Shown here piece after piece: positions 7,621 to 16,458 of a stretch of DNA of 60,180 nucleotides. Source of the stretch: a virus; IMG/VR virus record IMGVR_UViG_3300031965_000029, positions 1 to 60,180 of that record; one strand, given 5' to 3'. How positions within the stretch are numbered: position 1 is the stretch's first letter; each line of letters begins with the position of its first letter. The notes beneath the pieces were generated by a model. It saw nothing but the letters and a program-made list of their open reading frames with translations. It searched no databases and was not told the origin of the DNA. The position numbers and the translations under genes were made by a program.

Positions 7621-7818
7621 ATGAAACACCCCGTCCTGAGCGATGAACCTGTCAAGCCGATTACGCCGTGCTGCGACACTTGGGATGCTGCGCTGAAAGA
7701 CGGAACTGGTGACTACGGTGACGGCGCTGCTATAGGTTACACCGTAACATCTGAGTTTGTGCTTGGTGTGGTCGGCGTACCGCTGAAATTCTGCCCCTGG
7801 TGTGGGCAGCCGAAATAA
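7621..7818 (+). CDS. small Cys-containing protein (CC...CPWC, possible zinc ribbon)
   Basis: ORF track; TAGGAG SD. Confidence 0.55.
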   Translation: MKHPVLSDEPVKPITPCCDTWDAALKDGTGDYGDGAAIGYTVTSEFVLGVVGVPLKFCPWCGQPK

Positions 7819-7879
7819 CCGCGCCCTGCGCCGTTGCCGCGTGGCCTGAGAGATAGAGAACCGTAGAGGGAGAACCGAA

Positions 7880-8596
7880 ATGAACGCATATCAGTATCTT
7901 GGAGGCTGGGAAGCGCAGCCCCGTAAGGCCGAGGAAAAATACGGCACCCCCGATGGTCGTGTTGTGATTATCGGAAAATACGAAGTTACCGTGCCTAATG
8001 ACACGGCAGCCGACGTGACGTTTCGCGCCCCTGAGAAAGGGTGGGACCAAAAAGACCCGCGTCAGGCAATCCCTGGCATGGAAGTCATCGACGGCGAGGT
8101 CCGAATCCCAATTGAAGGGCTCGTCCCTGTGATTTTGGAGCGCATGGAGCCGTTTGAAGTGGCGCGGGCGCTCTGGCAAGACGATGGCGTCCGCTGGGAG
8201 TTTGTGTCCTGTCTGGCGACGCGGTACTCGGACGAGGGCGTAACCGATACTGACCGCCGGAAATGGCTCCATGCCGTAAAGTCCGCCGTCCATGACAAGG
8301 CGTTGGATGATCTGGCCAGTGTGATGAACAAGCTGGAATACGCGGTATCCAAACAATCGTTTTTCTACCACGAAGTAAACCGCATCAATGACATGCTGCG
8401 CGACATGAACTGTTTGGCGCGTGACGGTTCCGTGATGCAGCTACGCCACGATACGGCGGATCGTGAGTTTGATGTCGGCAAGAAGTTCTGGAACGAAGCC
8501 CGCGAATACTGGCGGAAAGAGGTGCTGGGCCGGTTCCCCGCTCCTGATGCGCCGGTCACTGAAACGGTTGCGGCCGTGTTTGATGGGGAGGAATAA
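7880..8596 (+). CDS. hypothetical protein (238 aa)
   Basis: ORF track; GAGGGAG SD. Confidence 0.65.
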   Translation: MNAYQYLGGWEAQPRKAEEKYGTPDGRVVIIGKYEVTVPNDTAADVTFRAPEKGWDQKDPRQAIPGMEVIDGEVRIPIEGLVPVILERMEPFEVARALWQDDGVRWEFVSCLATRYSDEGVTDTDRRKWLHAVKSAVHDKALDDLASVMNKLEYAVSKQSFFYHEVNRINDMLRDMNCLARDGSVMQLRHDTADREFDVGKKFWNEAREYWRKEVLGRFPAPDAPVTETVAAVFDGEE

Positions 8597-8599
8597 CAG

Positions 8600-9103
8600 A
8601 TGCTCATAAAAATCCCATTCCTAAGCTGGACGGATAAGGCCGCGCTGGAAATCGAAGTCAGTGACGACTGCGAGGCACGTTGGCATCTAAAATCCGCGCT
8701 TGAGATTGCCGTTAAGCAACGCGCGAACCTGGAAGGCGCGAACCTGTATGGAGCGGACCTGCGAGGCGCGAACCTGGAAGGCGCGAACCTGTATGGAGCG
8801 GACCTGCGAGGCGCGGACCTGGAAGGCGCGAACCTGTATGGAGCGGACCTGGAAGGCATCAAGCTAATCGGCAAAACCCCGATTATCCAAATCGCGCCAA
8901 TCGGTTCCGATGGCGGCTGTTTACTGGCATATCGAACAGATCAAGGTGTTTACATGCAGCGGGGCTGTTTCTTCGGAATCCGCGATAAATTTGCGGCGGC
9001 GGTCGAGAAAAAACATGGCGATAACCAGCATGGCGTAGTTTACCGCTCCGCTCTGGTTATGATCGACGCATGGGCCAAGGGGAGTATTGATGATGACAGA
9101 TAA
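8600..9103 (+). CDS. Pentapeptide-repeat protein
   Basis: [45 protein letters not shown] (9 consecutive pentapeptides), encoded by a near-duplicated 45-nt DNA unit. Confidence 0.85.
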   Translation: MLIKIPFLSWTDKAALEIEVSDDCEARWHLKSALEIAVKQRANLEGANLYGADLRGANLEGANLYGADLRGADLEGANLYGADLEGIKLIGKTPIIQIAPIGSDGGCLLAYRTDQGVYMQRGCFFGIRDKFAAAVEKKHGDNQHGVVYRSALVMIDAWAKGSIDDDR

Positions 9104-9725
9104 GCAGGGCGGACACAGTCGTAGGATGGAAGGGATCGAGGCCCGTAGGCGGTTGCGCGGATTTTACGTGCCGGAGGATAGTTCCTATTTAGACGAGGAA
9201 ATCGACCGGCTCAAGGCCATCAACGCTGAATTGTTGGATGCACTTAAAGCGGCGCGGCCAATTCTGGAGTTTGACCTTGAAGATGCCGAATACCTTTCGG
9301 ATATGGACCCTGACATTACCACGCAACCGAAGGCTTTGCTGGACAAAATCGACGCCGCAATCGCCAAGGCGAGAGGGGAAATCCTCCCCTGCCCACCGGC
9401 CACCACCCCATCAGCCGCCCCTAAAACGATCATGTATACCGGTAAATTTGAATCCGGTGCCGGACCCGTCATTTTGTCCTACAGAGGCGTTGAAGTCCGT
9501 GCAAACATGAAGGACCGCATCCCGGCGAAGTATTGGTACAGCGTTTATGGTCCCCTGACCGCAGAGGGCCGCAAGGCGGGGTGCAAACATGGACCGGAAT
9601 ATCATTTTGATGTCCGCAGCGTGCCCGATCATGGGCCCCTGGACGATCCTGCTGCCATACTGCTGGCGATTATGCGCGGCATCGACATCGGCGTAATAAC
9701 GACGCCAGAACCGGAGGCCGTATGA
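9087..9725 (+). CDS. hypothetical protein (212 aa)
   Basis: ORF track; overlaps the upstream gene; contains [10 protein letters not shown], as does the 1929-2261 product. Confidence 0.6.
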   Translation: MMMTDKQGGHSRRMEGIEARRRLRGFYVPEDSSYLDEEIDRLKAINAELLDALKAARPILEFDLEDAEYLSDMDPDITTQPKALLDKIDAAIAKARGEILPCPPATTPSAAPKTIMYTGKFESGAGPVILSYRGVEVRANMKDRIPAKYWYSVYGPLTAEGRKAGCKHGPEYHFDVRSVPDHGPLDDPAAILLAIMRGIDIGVITTPEPEAV

Positions 9726-9994
9726 TGACCGGACCTGAGAAACTCCGCCGCCGCGAGACCGACCTCAAGGCAGAGCGCATCGAAGCAGCGCGTCAGCACA
9801 TCAATGATCTGGAGAGAGCGTGGATTCTTGAGGGTGGGCATCGACCTGAACCAGACCTCGACCTATTCAAACGGATCGACGACGACCTCAACCCGTCGGC
9901 ATGGGTGCGCTGGGGCGTCGGAGTCGGATGCGCCCTGATGGGGGCGTTTTTTGTTACCGCGTCCTGGCTGGCTTATGCCCTGTTCTGGGGGTAA
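9722..9994 (+). CDS. hypothetical protein with C-terminal transmembrane helix
   Basis: ATGA-coupled start; C-terminal VGVGCALMGAFFVTASWLAYALFW. Confidence 0.6.
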   Translation: MMTGPEKLRRRETDLKAERIEAARQHINDLERAWILEGGHRPEPDLDLFKRIDDDLNPSAWVRWGVGVGCALMGAFFVTASWLAYALFWG

Positions 9995-10035
9995 TCCATG
10001 GGGTGTCTAGGGCAAAATACTAGGAGGGAATAACG

Positions 10036-10191
10036 ATGAATACCGAAAAAACCAGCCGTGGGCTGGAAGCCGCCCGTTTATTGTGGCGCACCACCGCGCT
10101 CGACATCGTGTTTTGTCGGGTGCCGAGCACGGTAAGCCAGCGCCGGTTGGCGTGGGGGTATTTGAAGCAGCATAGGAGTGAACGAAAATGA
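10036..10191 (+). CDS. small hypothetical protein (51 aa)
   Basis: Hand-translated MNTEKTSRGLEAARLLWRTT...; TAGGAGGG SD; its stop overlaps the next ATG (ATGA). Confidence 0.45.
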   Translation: MNTEKTSRGLEAARLLWRTTALDIVFCRVPSTVSQRRLAWGYLKQHRSERK

Positions 10192-10478
10192 ATGAAGCTG
10201 AACGCCGCGCCTATGGCGAAATCAGGGCGCTATCAAAAACATACCCTGAAATTGCCCTACAGGCCGTCACAGACGGTCATGCCGACGCCATGCAGTCGCT
10301 TCGGGATCGCGCTGTATCTGCTGACAAGGCGCTACTGGCCGCGCTGGCCTTGGTGAAAATGAACAGGCTAAACGCCGCGACGTTGGATCAGTTAAACTCC
10401 ATCGTTGTCGAGAACATCAACCCCAACAATATGTGTGATTTGGAACGCGAGTTTATCGCGGGGAGTGAACGGAAATGA
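10188..10478 (+). CDS. hypothetical protein (96 aa)
   Basis: ORF track; coupled start. Confidence 0.6.
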   Translation: MNEAERRAYGEIRALSKTYPEIALQAVTDGHADAMQSLRDRAVSADKALLAALALVKMNRLNAATLDQLNSIVVENINPNNMCDLEREFIAGSERK

Positions 10479-10735
10479 CAGATAAAGACGACGGTGGATC
10501 AGCGTTCCCATTGCAATATGACCCATATATTGACCATCCCGCGCATGGCCGCGTGCATCGTACCAGCGTTGGTGAGAACGTACAGTCCGGGATGAGCCTA
10601 CGCGACTGGTTCGCTGGTCAGGCGTTGGCGGGGTTTATGGCGTCATATCCTCCAAACGAAAAAATAGATGCCGCCGTAGCCGCGATGTGGTCTTACGAAA
10701 TCGCAGACGCCATGATCGCGGATCGCGCGAAATGA
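10475..10735 (+). CDS. hypothetical protein (86 aa)
   Basis: ORF track; ATGA coupling at both ends. Confidence 0.6.
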   Translation: MTDKDDGGSAFPLQYDPYIDHPAHGRVHRTSVGENVQSGMSLRDWFAGQALAGFMASYPPNEKIDAAVAAMWSYEIADAMIADRAK

Positions 10736-11022
10736 CCACCCTAGCAGCCGTTCGCTCCGCCGTGGCCTTGGAATTTAATGTCTCCGAGGCCGACCTCAGA
10801 GGACTGTCGCGGCGTGCCGATATTGTCAGGGCGCGGCATGTCGCCATGTATCTGGCCCGATCCGAGACCGGCGCATCGTTTCCGAGAATCGCACGGGCAC
10901 TGGCCCGCGTAAACCATACCAGTGTCATCCACGGCATCAAGGCCACTGAAATCCGCATGGAGCGCGATCCTGCGCTGGTCCTGCGCGTTGAGAAACTGAG
11001 GGCGCAGTTACGGTATTCATAA
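10732..11022 (+). CDS. DnaA C-terminal (domain IV)-like HTH protein
   Basis: SRRADIVRARHVAMYLARSETGASFPRIARALARVNHTSVIHGIKATE resembles the DnaA-box-binding domain. ATG 10732 overlaps the upstream stop. Confidence 0.65.
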   Translation: MTTLAAVRSAVALEFNVSEADLRGLSRRADIVRARHVAMYLARSETGASFPRIARALARVNHTSVIHGIKATEIRMERDPALVLRVEKLRAQLRYS

Positions 11023-11091
11023 GGAATATACACTTGGTTGACGTAATGCAGCGTTATGGTAGTGTGGCTGAGTAACCACGGGAGATCAAAT

Positions 11092-11394
11092 ATGGGGCAC
11101 GTAATCAGACAGGGCGCCGCCGCGTACTTAATGACCCGCAAGCTGGGGGCGGATACGTTCATCAACATATATGATGATGGTGAACCGCTGCAATTCAGCG
11201 ACATTGACGAAGCCGCCGAAATGGCGCTTGAAAACGGCTATCTCTACACCGTCATGATCCGAGACGCGGTGCCGATCATGCTGGATTTGGAAAACCACGG
11301 CCAAGAGTTGGCCGACGAACGTCGCAGAGATGAAGCCGATGAGGCCGATTACGAGCGTTCGGTTTCATCTCTCGAACTGGCCGGGAGAGTGTGA
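11092..11394 (+). CDS. hypothetical acidic protein
   Basis: GGGAG SD 8 nt before ATG 11092 (the ORF opens at 11056). Confidence 0.55.
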   Translation: MGHVIRQGAAAYLMTRKLGADTFINIYDDGEPLQFSDIDEAAEMALENGYLYTVMIRDAVPIMLDLENHGQELADERRRDEADEADYERSVSSLELAGRV

Positions 11395-11663
11395 TGACCC
11401 ACTCGACCCGCCCCCTCCACGTCCCCCCGGAATGGCACCGCCAGCGTGTCGCCGAGTCCGTCGCCGAGTTCTGTGCCGGAAACCGTGCCGAGGCCATGAC
11501 TTTGGCGATGATGGCTGGTGTTGATGCCGCCGCGCTTGGGCTACCCGTTGTGGCCGTCCCCCATGAAATCGCGGCGCGGCCCGATCTGTTATCCGAATAC
11601 CGCTGGGGGTTTAAGATTGCCGAGTCCGGGAAGATTAAGCGGGAGCAGGGCGTGTTGATATGA
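11391..11663 (+). CDS. hypothetical protein (90 aa)
   Basis: ATGA-coupled start. Confidence 0.55.
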   Translation: MMTHSTRPLHVPPEWHRQRVAESVAEFCAGNRAEAMTLAMMAGVDAAALGLPVVAVPHEIAARPDLLSEYRWGFKIAESGKIKREQGVLI

Positions 11664-11704
11664 CGCCCGCGCCGAAGCCGAAATAAAAACCACGGGAGAC
11701 TGAG

Positions 11705-13012
11705 ATGAAAAAATTACATTTAACGCCAGAGCGCCAGAGGACAATCGACCAAGCCCATAAAGATTGGCGCCGGGTCGGATATTCAACGGAACCGGCCAAT
11801 TTTGAACTGGCCGCCCGCGCCATCGAAAATTTATATACCCGGATCGGGCGTGCTCGTCCGTATTTTGTGCGGCTGCCGTCGCCGATGGCTGCGGAACTTT
11901 ACATCAACCTGCTCGTTAAAGCTTGGCCGGAGATGAAGGACCAGCTTCCGGACCAGCTTTGGGACCAGCTTCGGGACCAGCTTGGGGACCAGCTTGGGCG
12001 CCAGCTTGGGGGCCAGCTTGGGGGCCAGCTTGGGGACCAGCTTGGGGGCCAGCTTCGGGGCCAGCTTTGGGACCAGCTTTGGGACCAGCTTGGGGACCAG
12101 CTTTGGGGCCAGCTTGGGGACCAGCTTCGGGACCAGCTTCGGGACCAGCTTGGGGACCAGCTTCGGGGCCAGCTTGGGGGCCAGCTTGGGGGCCAGCTTG
12201 GGGACCAGCTTCGGGACCAGCTTTGGGGCCAGCTTGGGGACCAGCTTGGGGACCAGCTTGGGGACCAGCTTTGGGACCAGCTTCCGGACCAGCTTTGGGA
12301 CCAGCTTCGGGACCAGCTTGGGGACCAGCTTCGGGACCAGCTTTGGGGCCAGCTTGGGGACCAGCAATTATGCTTTACGGGTACGTGGAATTATGGGTCA
12401 TGGGACGCCGGATATTGGGGTTTTTACGAAACTGGCAGACGCCTCGGCGCCGCTTACGATGACAAGTCCGAAGCCGCCCTTTTCGATCACTGCGAGATCG
12501 TTAAATCTTGCGGGTTCGTTTATCCGTTTGAAAAATTTTGCATTATCACGGATAGGCCAGAGATCATCAAAATTGATGATGCATCTGTTCTACACTGCGA
12601 AACAGGTCCGGCTGTTTGTTACCGCGACGGCTATTCGCTATTTTCATGGCGCGGGGTCCGTATCCCCGGTGAATGGATCGAGGACAAGGCTTCTCTGACG
12701 CCGGAGATCGCGCTACAATGGGAAAACATTGAACAGCGCCGTGCCGCATGTGAGATTCTGGGGTGGGCAAACATCCTGTCCCGGCTTGATGCAAAAACCG
12801 TCGATAAGGACGATGACCCTATGGTTGGAGAACTTATCGAGGTCACGCTTCCCGACAGTGGCCGCGAAAAGTTTCTGCGTGTTTTGTGCGGAACTGGCCG
12901 TGAGTTCGCGCTGCCGGTGCCACCTGAAATGACTACGGCGCTCCAGGCTAATGCTTGGACTTATGGATTTGACGACGTAACTGAATTTATTAAACCGGAG
13001 GTAAGAACATGA
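11705..13012 (+). CDS. Tetrapeptide-repeat protein, 35 x [DGR]QL[WRGP], with a DUF6745-like C-terminal domain
   Basis: 78-aa N-terminus, then the in-frame 12-nt array, then CIITDRPEIIKIDDASVLHCETGPAVCYRDGYSLFSWRGVRIP...IEQRRAACEILGW, which resembles the remembered DUF6745 family. GGGAG SD. Confidence 0.6.
   Translation: MKKLHLTPERQRTIDQAHKDWRRVGYSTEPANFELAARAIENLYTRIGRARPYFVRLPSPMAAELYINLLVKAWPEMKDQLPDQLWDQLRDQLGDQLGRQLGGQLGGQLGDQLGGQLRGQLWDQLWDQLGDQLWGQLGDQLRDQLRDQLGDQLRGQLGGQLGGQLGDQLRDQLWGQLGDQLGDQLGDQLWDQLPDQLWDQLRDQLGDQLRDQLWGQLGDQQLCFTGTWNYGSWDAGYWGFYETGRRLGAAYDDKSEAALFDHCEIVKSCGFVYPFEKFCIITDRPEIIKIDDASVLHCETGPAVCYRDGYSLFSWRGVRIPGEWIEDKASLTPEIALQWENIEQRRAACEILGWANILSRLDAKTVDKDDDPMVGELIEVTLPDSGREKFLRVLCGTGREFALPVPPEMTTALQANAWTYGFDDVTEFIKPEVRT
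11939..12358 (+). repeat. 35 phase-locked 12-nt tandem repeats (consensus GACCAGCTTGGG) inside the CDS
   Basis: Read directly. CCAGCTT is the invariant core. Variation is confined to unit positions 1-2 (GA/GG/CG) and positions 8-9 of the trailing codon (TGG/CGG/GGG/CCG). Confidence 0.95.
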
Positions 13013-13356
13013 AGACATTCAAAAAAGCTGCCGCACAAGGAGACGTTTATTTCCTGCGTGTGGGCGATCCGCCAATTGATGGGTTTTCGGAGCAGAAAAC
13101 CAACCAAGGAAACCACATCATCACGCATTCTGAAACCGGACATCACCACGTCATGCGTGCAGATCGCGTCCGTCGGTTTATTCCAGACGGTGATCGTGGC
13201 GGGATGGTGTCATATATCGCGGTCAAGGAACCGACGCAGATCACCCACCTCCGCCCTCACGACACCCATGCACCGATCATGTTTAGTCCCGGGAATTATG
13301 AAATTCGCCGCCAGCGTGAACACACCCCGCAGGGATGGCGCCGGGTTGAAGACTAA
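13009..13356 (+). CDS. hypothetical protein (115 aa, His-rich THSETGHHHVM)
   Basis: ORF track; GGAGG SD; last gene of the rightward operon. Confidence 0.6.
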   Translation: MKTFKKAAAQGDVYFLRVGDPPIDGFSEQKTNQGNHIITHSETGHHHVMRADRVRRFIPDGDRGGMVSYIAVKEPTQITHLRPHDTHAPIMFSPGNYEIRRQREHTPQGWRRVED

Positions 13357-13382
13357 TCGCGCGCACTCAGACACGTAACCGA

Positions 13383-13418
13383 CGCGGCCCCGTTTAACGA
13401 TGGGGCCGCGTTTCTATT
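13383..13418 (+). terminator. Rho-independent terminator between convergent operons
   Basis: Perfect 9-bp stem CGCGGCCCC / GGGGCCGCG with a 10-nt loop, followed by TTTCTATTT. Confidence 0.75.
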
Positions 13419-15690
13419 TCTGTTCCCGTGTCCAGCGGCCTCCGGTATCTGAAACCCATCCGGCACCACGGATGGCCTGAGCGATACGGCGCTGCGTCGG
13501 TTTGTCGAGGCGCTCCGGTTTCAACCCCAAGGCGTCACGGGCAATATCCGACATCGTGATAAACGATGATGTCTGCATCGACATATGGTTTGAGATCAAG
13601 GACTCCCATTCGTCTTTTTCGCGGCGCGATTCTTGGATGGCCTTGGTTTGCTCCACGGGCATTTCCCACCATGACTCGCCGCGCTTGAACCGCGCCACGG
13701 CTTCGGCGAATAGCTGGGCACGGTTTCGTTTAATCATTTCCAGATCAATTTTCCCGCACCGGATCGGAAAAAACCTGCGCCCCCCGGTGGCGTCTTCGAG
13801 ATATTTGTGTTCGTTGGTGGAGCCAACAAAAATACACTGCCTCAAAAAATCCATGGAATATCTACCATAACTCGGACGGTAGCGATCCACCCGGCGCGAT
13901 AAGACGCCTTTGATTCGTTTGTGGTCGGCCTTGGAAAACGAGTCTAGTTCAGCGATTTCGATAAGCATCTTGCCCGGAAGCTGCTGGAAAAAATCTTTGT
14001 CCGTGATCGAGGTGCCGGATTCTGCGAACCAGTCTCCACCGATTTCAAACAGGGCGCTTGATTTCTGGATGCCCTGCATACCTTCGAGGATGACCATGTT
14101 GTCTGCTTTGCATCCGGGTTCAAATATACGGGCCGCTAAACTGATCCAGAAATTCATGGATGCCATAGCCGAGTATTCTGATTCTTCGGCGCCAAGGGCT
14201 TCCATGAAAAAATATCTGATCCTGTCCTCGCCATCCCATGTCAGGGACTCCATCCAAGCCCTCGGAGCGTTGATGGTATTTTTCTTCGCCATCAGAACCA
14301 TGGCGGCGTTCGCGGCACTGTCCTTGAGAAGGCGGATTCCAAAATCGCGTTGCAGGAACAGCGTCAACCTCAGAGTATCATGGTCGTCCCATTCTTTTTC
14401 ATCGCAATCCCATGTCGTATAGACACGGTTAGAAAACTCGTCGTACCAGAAGGCGTCTTTAAAATCCGGCCATCGTTCGAGGACTCGGACAGCGTTATCC
14501 ATATTGGCTACGGGGGTTCCAGTGGTGTTGAGTTGCAGTCCGGTTTCATCCCATTTGGCTTCGAGCGTGACGGCACGTCCACCCGCACGCTCATATCGCG
14601 GCGCATCGGGTCCATCACCAGTCGCCCCAGCAGCCTTCTTCCGCTCCTCGCGCTCCTGTCCCAGGTTTACGACTTCCGCACCCTTCCACGGCTTTGCCAA
14701 GGGCTTGGCCCAGGCCACGAATTTCGTCCAGTCCATGCCATCGGATAGGGCGTCGGCTGCATCCCAACCGTCGGCGCGGTTGGTATCGATTCCGACATCG
14801 AGCATTTTAATATCGGGGCACTGCGGCCCCAGTATCGCCGCGATCTGGCGCATCGCCGATGGACCGGGCTGGTAATCGTAGGGCAAGATGTCGCCGATTT
14901 TTAGGCCATGTTTCTCGGCATCGGCTTCGGTCTTAATCAGGTGACGGTCGGCATCCGGCCATATCAGTATCTTGCGTCTAAACAGAGTCGAGAAATCAGT
15001 TTTCTTGATGGCTTGGGCGCCGCCGCACCATGTTGTCACATGATAGACGCGGCCAACAATCTTCATCGCGGCATCACGGGTCTTCTCACCCTCGACGAGC
15101 AAGATCGGTTTCTCCGGCTCCCCCATGATCTGCGGCAGCCCGACGACGGGGCGCGGGTACGGGTATCCGGCGCTGGCCCATGCCCGTTTCTCGACATCCC
15201 ATGACCATGGACGGATGATTTTACCATTATCGGTGTCGTGACGGGCGACGTAGAACAGCGCCAGCCCGTGGGCATCACGATACGGGGTCAGGATGGTTGG
15301 TTTGGCACCGTTCAGGATACAGCTAGGCGGCGGCGTATTCTCCGGTGGCCGCCCGATGGTCGGCTCCGGGGCGCGGGCGCGTGGTGGAGTCCCCGATGGA
15401 GCCGTCATCCCGGCCATGCCGGAGAGTTTCTCCACGGCTTGCGGGAACGTAAGGCGTTCGGCCTGTTGCAGCCATTCGATGTGGTCGCCGTGTGCGCCGC
15501 ACCCATAGCATCTGTAATGGTCATCATATACGGTAAAACTAGGAGTTTTTTCCTTATGAAACGGACACAGCCCATTAAGGTGCGCACCGTCCTTGGACAG
15601 CGAGACATGGGAGCCAATCAACCCGGCCAGCGAAACCCTGGCCTTGAGGTCGGCGATGAATTTATCATCGTATTTTGGATTATCAGCCAT
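13414..15690 (-). CDS. DNA primase/helicase (CHC2 zinc finger, Toprim, VirE/D5-type P-loop NTPase)
   Basis: CPFHKEKTPSFTVYDDHYRCYGCGAHGD (CHC2); LLVEGEKTRDA and IWPDADRH (Toprim); ILEGMQGIQKSS (Walker A) in a VirE-like C-terminal half. The ORF-track start at 15720 is TTG; the first ATG is at 15690. Confidence 0.85.
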   Translation of the reverse strand: MADNPKYDDKFIADLKARVSLAGLIGSHVSLSKDGAHLNGLCPFHKEKTPSFTVYDDHYRCYGCGAHGDHIEWLQQAERLTFPQAVEKLSGMAGMTAPSGTPPRARAPEPTIGRPPENTPPPSCILNGAKPTILTPYRDAHGLALFYVARHDTDNGKIIRPWSWDVEKRAWASAGYPYPRPVVGLPQIMGEPEKPILLVEGEKTRDAAMKIVGRVYHVTTWCGGAQAIKKTDFSTLFRRKILIWPDADRHLIKTEADAEKHGLKIGDILPYDYQPGPSAMRQIAAILGPQCPDIKMLDVGIDTNRADGWDAADALSDGMDWTKFVAWAKPLAKPWKGAEVVNLGQEREERKKAAGATGDGPDAPRYERAGGRAVTLEAKWDETGLQLNTTGTPVANMDNAVRVLERWPDFKDAFWYDEFSNRVYTTWDCDEKEWDDHDTLRLTLFLQRDFGIRLLKDSAANAAMVLMAKKNTINAPRAWMESLTWDGEDRIRYFFMEALGAEESEYSAMASMNFWISLAARIFEPGCKADNMVILEGMQGIQKSSALFEIGGDWFAESGTSITDKDFFQQLPGKMLIEIAELDSFSKADHKRIKGVLSRRVDRYRPSYGRYSMDFLRQCIFVGSTNEHKYLEDATGGRRFFPIRCGKIDLEMIKRNRAQLFAEAVARFKRGESWWEMPVEQTKAIQESRREKDEWESLISNHMSMQTSSFITMSDIARDALGLKPERLDKPTQRRIAQAIRGAGWVSDTGGRWTREQK

Positions 15691-15836
15691 GCCGCACCCG
15701 TAGCGCGGTGGCAACGCCAACCCAATATGAGTTCAGTAATTTTGCCACGGTCCCTCCCCGAAACTCCAAACCTACACCGTTATCGCGGCGATGGCATTGA
15801 GAAAAAATTCATGTATTCAGCGCAGCGCGGAAACCG

Positions 15837-16226
15837 TCACGTATTCATGGCAGCGATGGCTGCGGCGATTTTCTCCATAGCCTCGTCCGGCGATCTGGCG
15901 ATGATGCCGATTCCATGTGCCGCATTGACCTGTTCCATGAAGTTCTGTTGCTCCGCACTCACCCTCCCACGGGCGGTCTTGACCTCGATGGACCCAAACA
16001 ATGCCACCGGAACGTCGCGGATAATCGTCGGCACCCATCCGATTTGATCGCCTGACCCGGTGCAGAGACCGGCGCGTAGGGGATAGTAATTTTCCATCAC
16101 GATTCGATGCGCGTTCTTAGCCACGATGTCCCCGGTCCAGCCCATGCCTACGTTCTGCCGGAAAAAACGGTAGCCCTGTTTCGTCGCCTCGATCTGGATG
16201 GCGCGGGAGATGTCGGATTCTTTCAT
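15837..16226 (-). CDS. VRR-NUC domain nuclease
   Basis: ALFGSIEVKTARGRVSAEQQNFMEQVNAAHGIG fits the VRR-NUC ExK core. ATG 16226 lies 4 nt after the upstream stop. Confidence 0.7.
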   Translation of the reverse strand: MKESDISRAIQIEATKQGYRFFRQNVGMGWTGDIVAKNAHRIVMENYYPLRAGLCTGSGDQIGWVPTIIRDVPVALFGSIEVKTARGRVSAEQQNFMEQVNAAHGIGIIARSPDEAMEKIAAAIAAMNT

Positions 16227-16230
16227 GGCG

Positions 16231-16458
16231 TCAGTCCGTCTCGGTTGTAGATGGTTCCAGAACGGGGATTTCACCCCAAAGAACGTCGTCCAATTCGTTG
16301 AGACGCTTGGCAGCTTTATTGTAGTAACCAACGACACGATCATTTTTTTCGCGCAGAATATCGATCATGTCGGCAGCTTCATTCAAGGTCTTGCGTTGCG
16401 AATACAACGCAGACGTTTCTACAGCAGCCATACTTCTCAGTCGTTCAACAATATCCAT
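16231..16458 (-). CDS. hypothetical protein (75 aa), translationally coupled to the Fic gene
   Basis: ATG 16458 shares one base with the Fic stop (TGATG); GGGAGGAAG SD. Confidence 0.6.
   Translation of the reverse strand: MDIVERLRSMAAVETSALYSQRKTLNEAADMIDILREKNDRVVGYYNKAAKRLNELDDVLWGEIPVLEPSTTETD

Noticed and set aside
8731-8860. Tandem DNA repeats that could be mistaken for a CRISPR-like array. The same question applies to 11939-12358
   Set aside because: The repeats are contiguous with no unique spacers, and they are in-frame coding sequence (pentapeptide and tetrapeptide repeats). No cas genes are present.
11831-12698. Three long ORFs (11831-12367 minus, 11923-12462 plus, 11982-12698 plus) with monotonous PKLV, GPAW and GTSL/GASF repeats
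   Set aside because: They are alternative-frame readings of the 12-nt tandem array. Only the 11705-13012 frame has a start with an SD and non-repetitive flanking domains.
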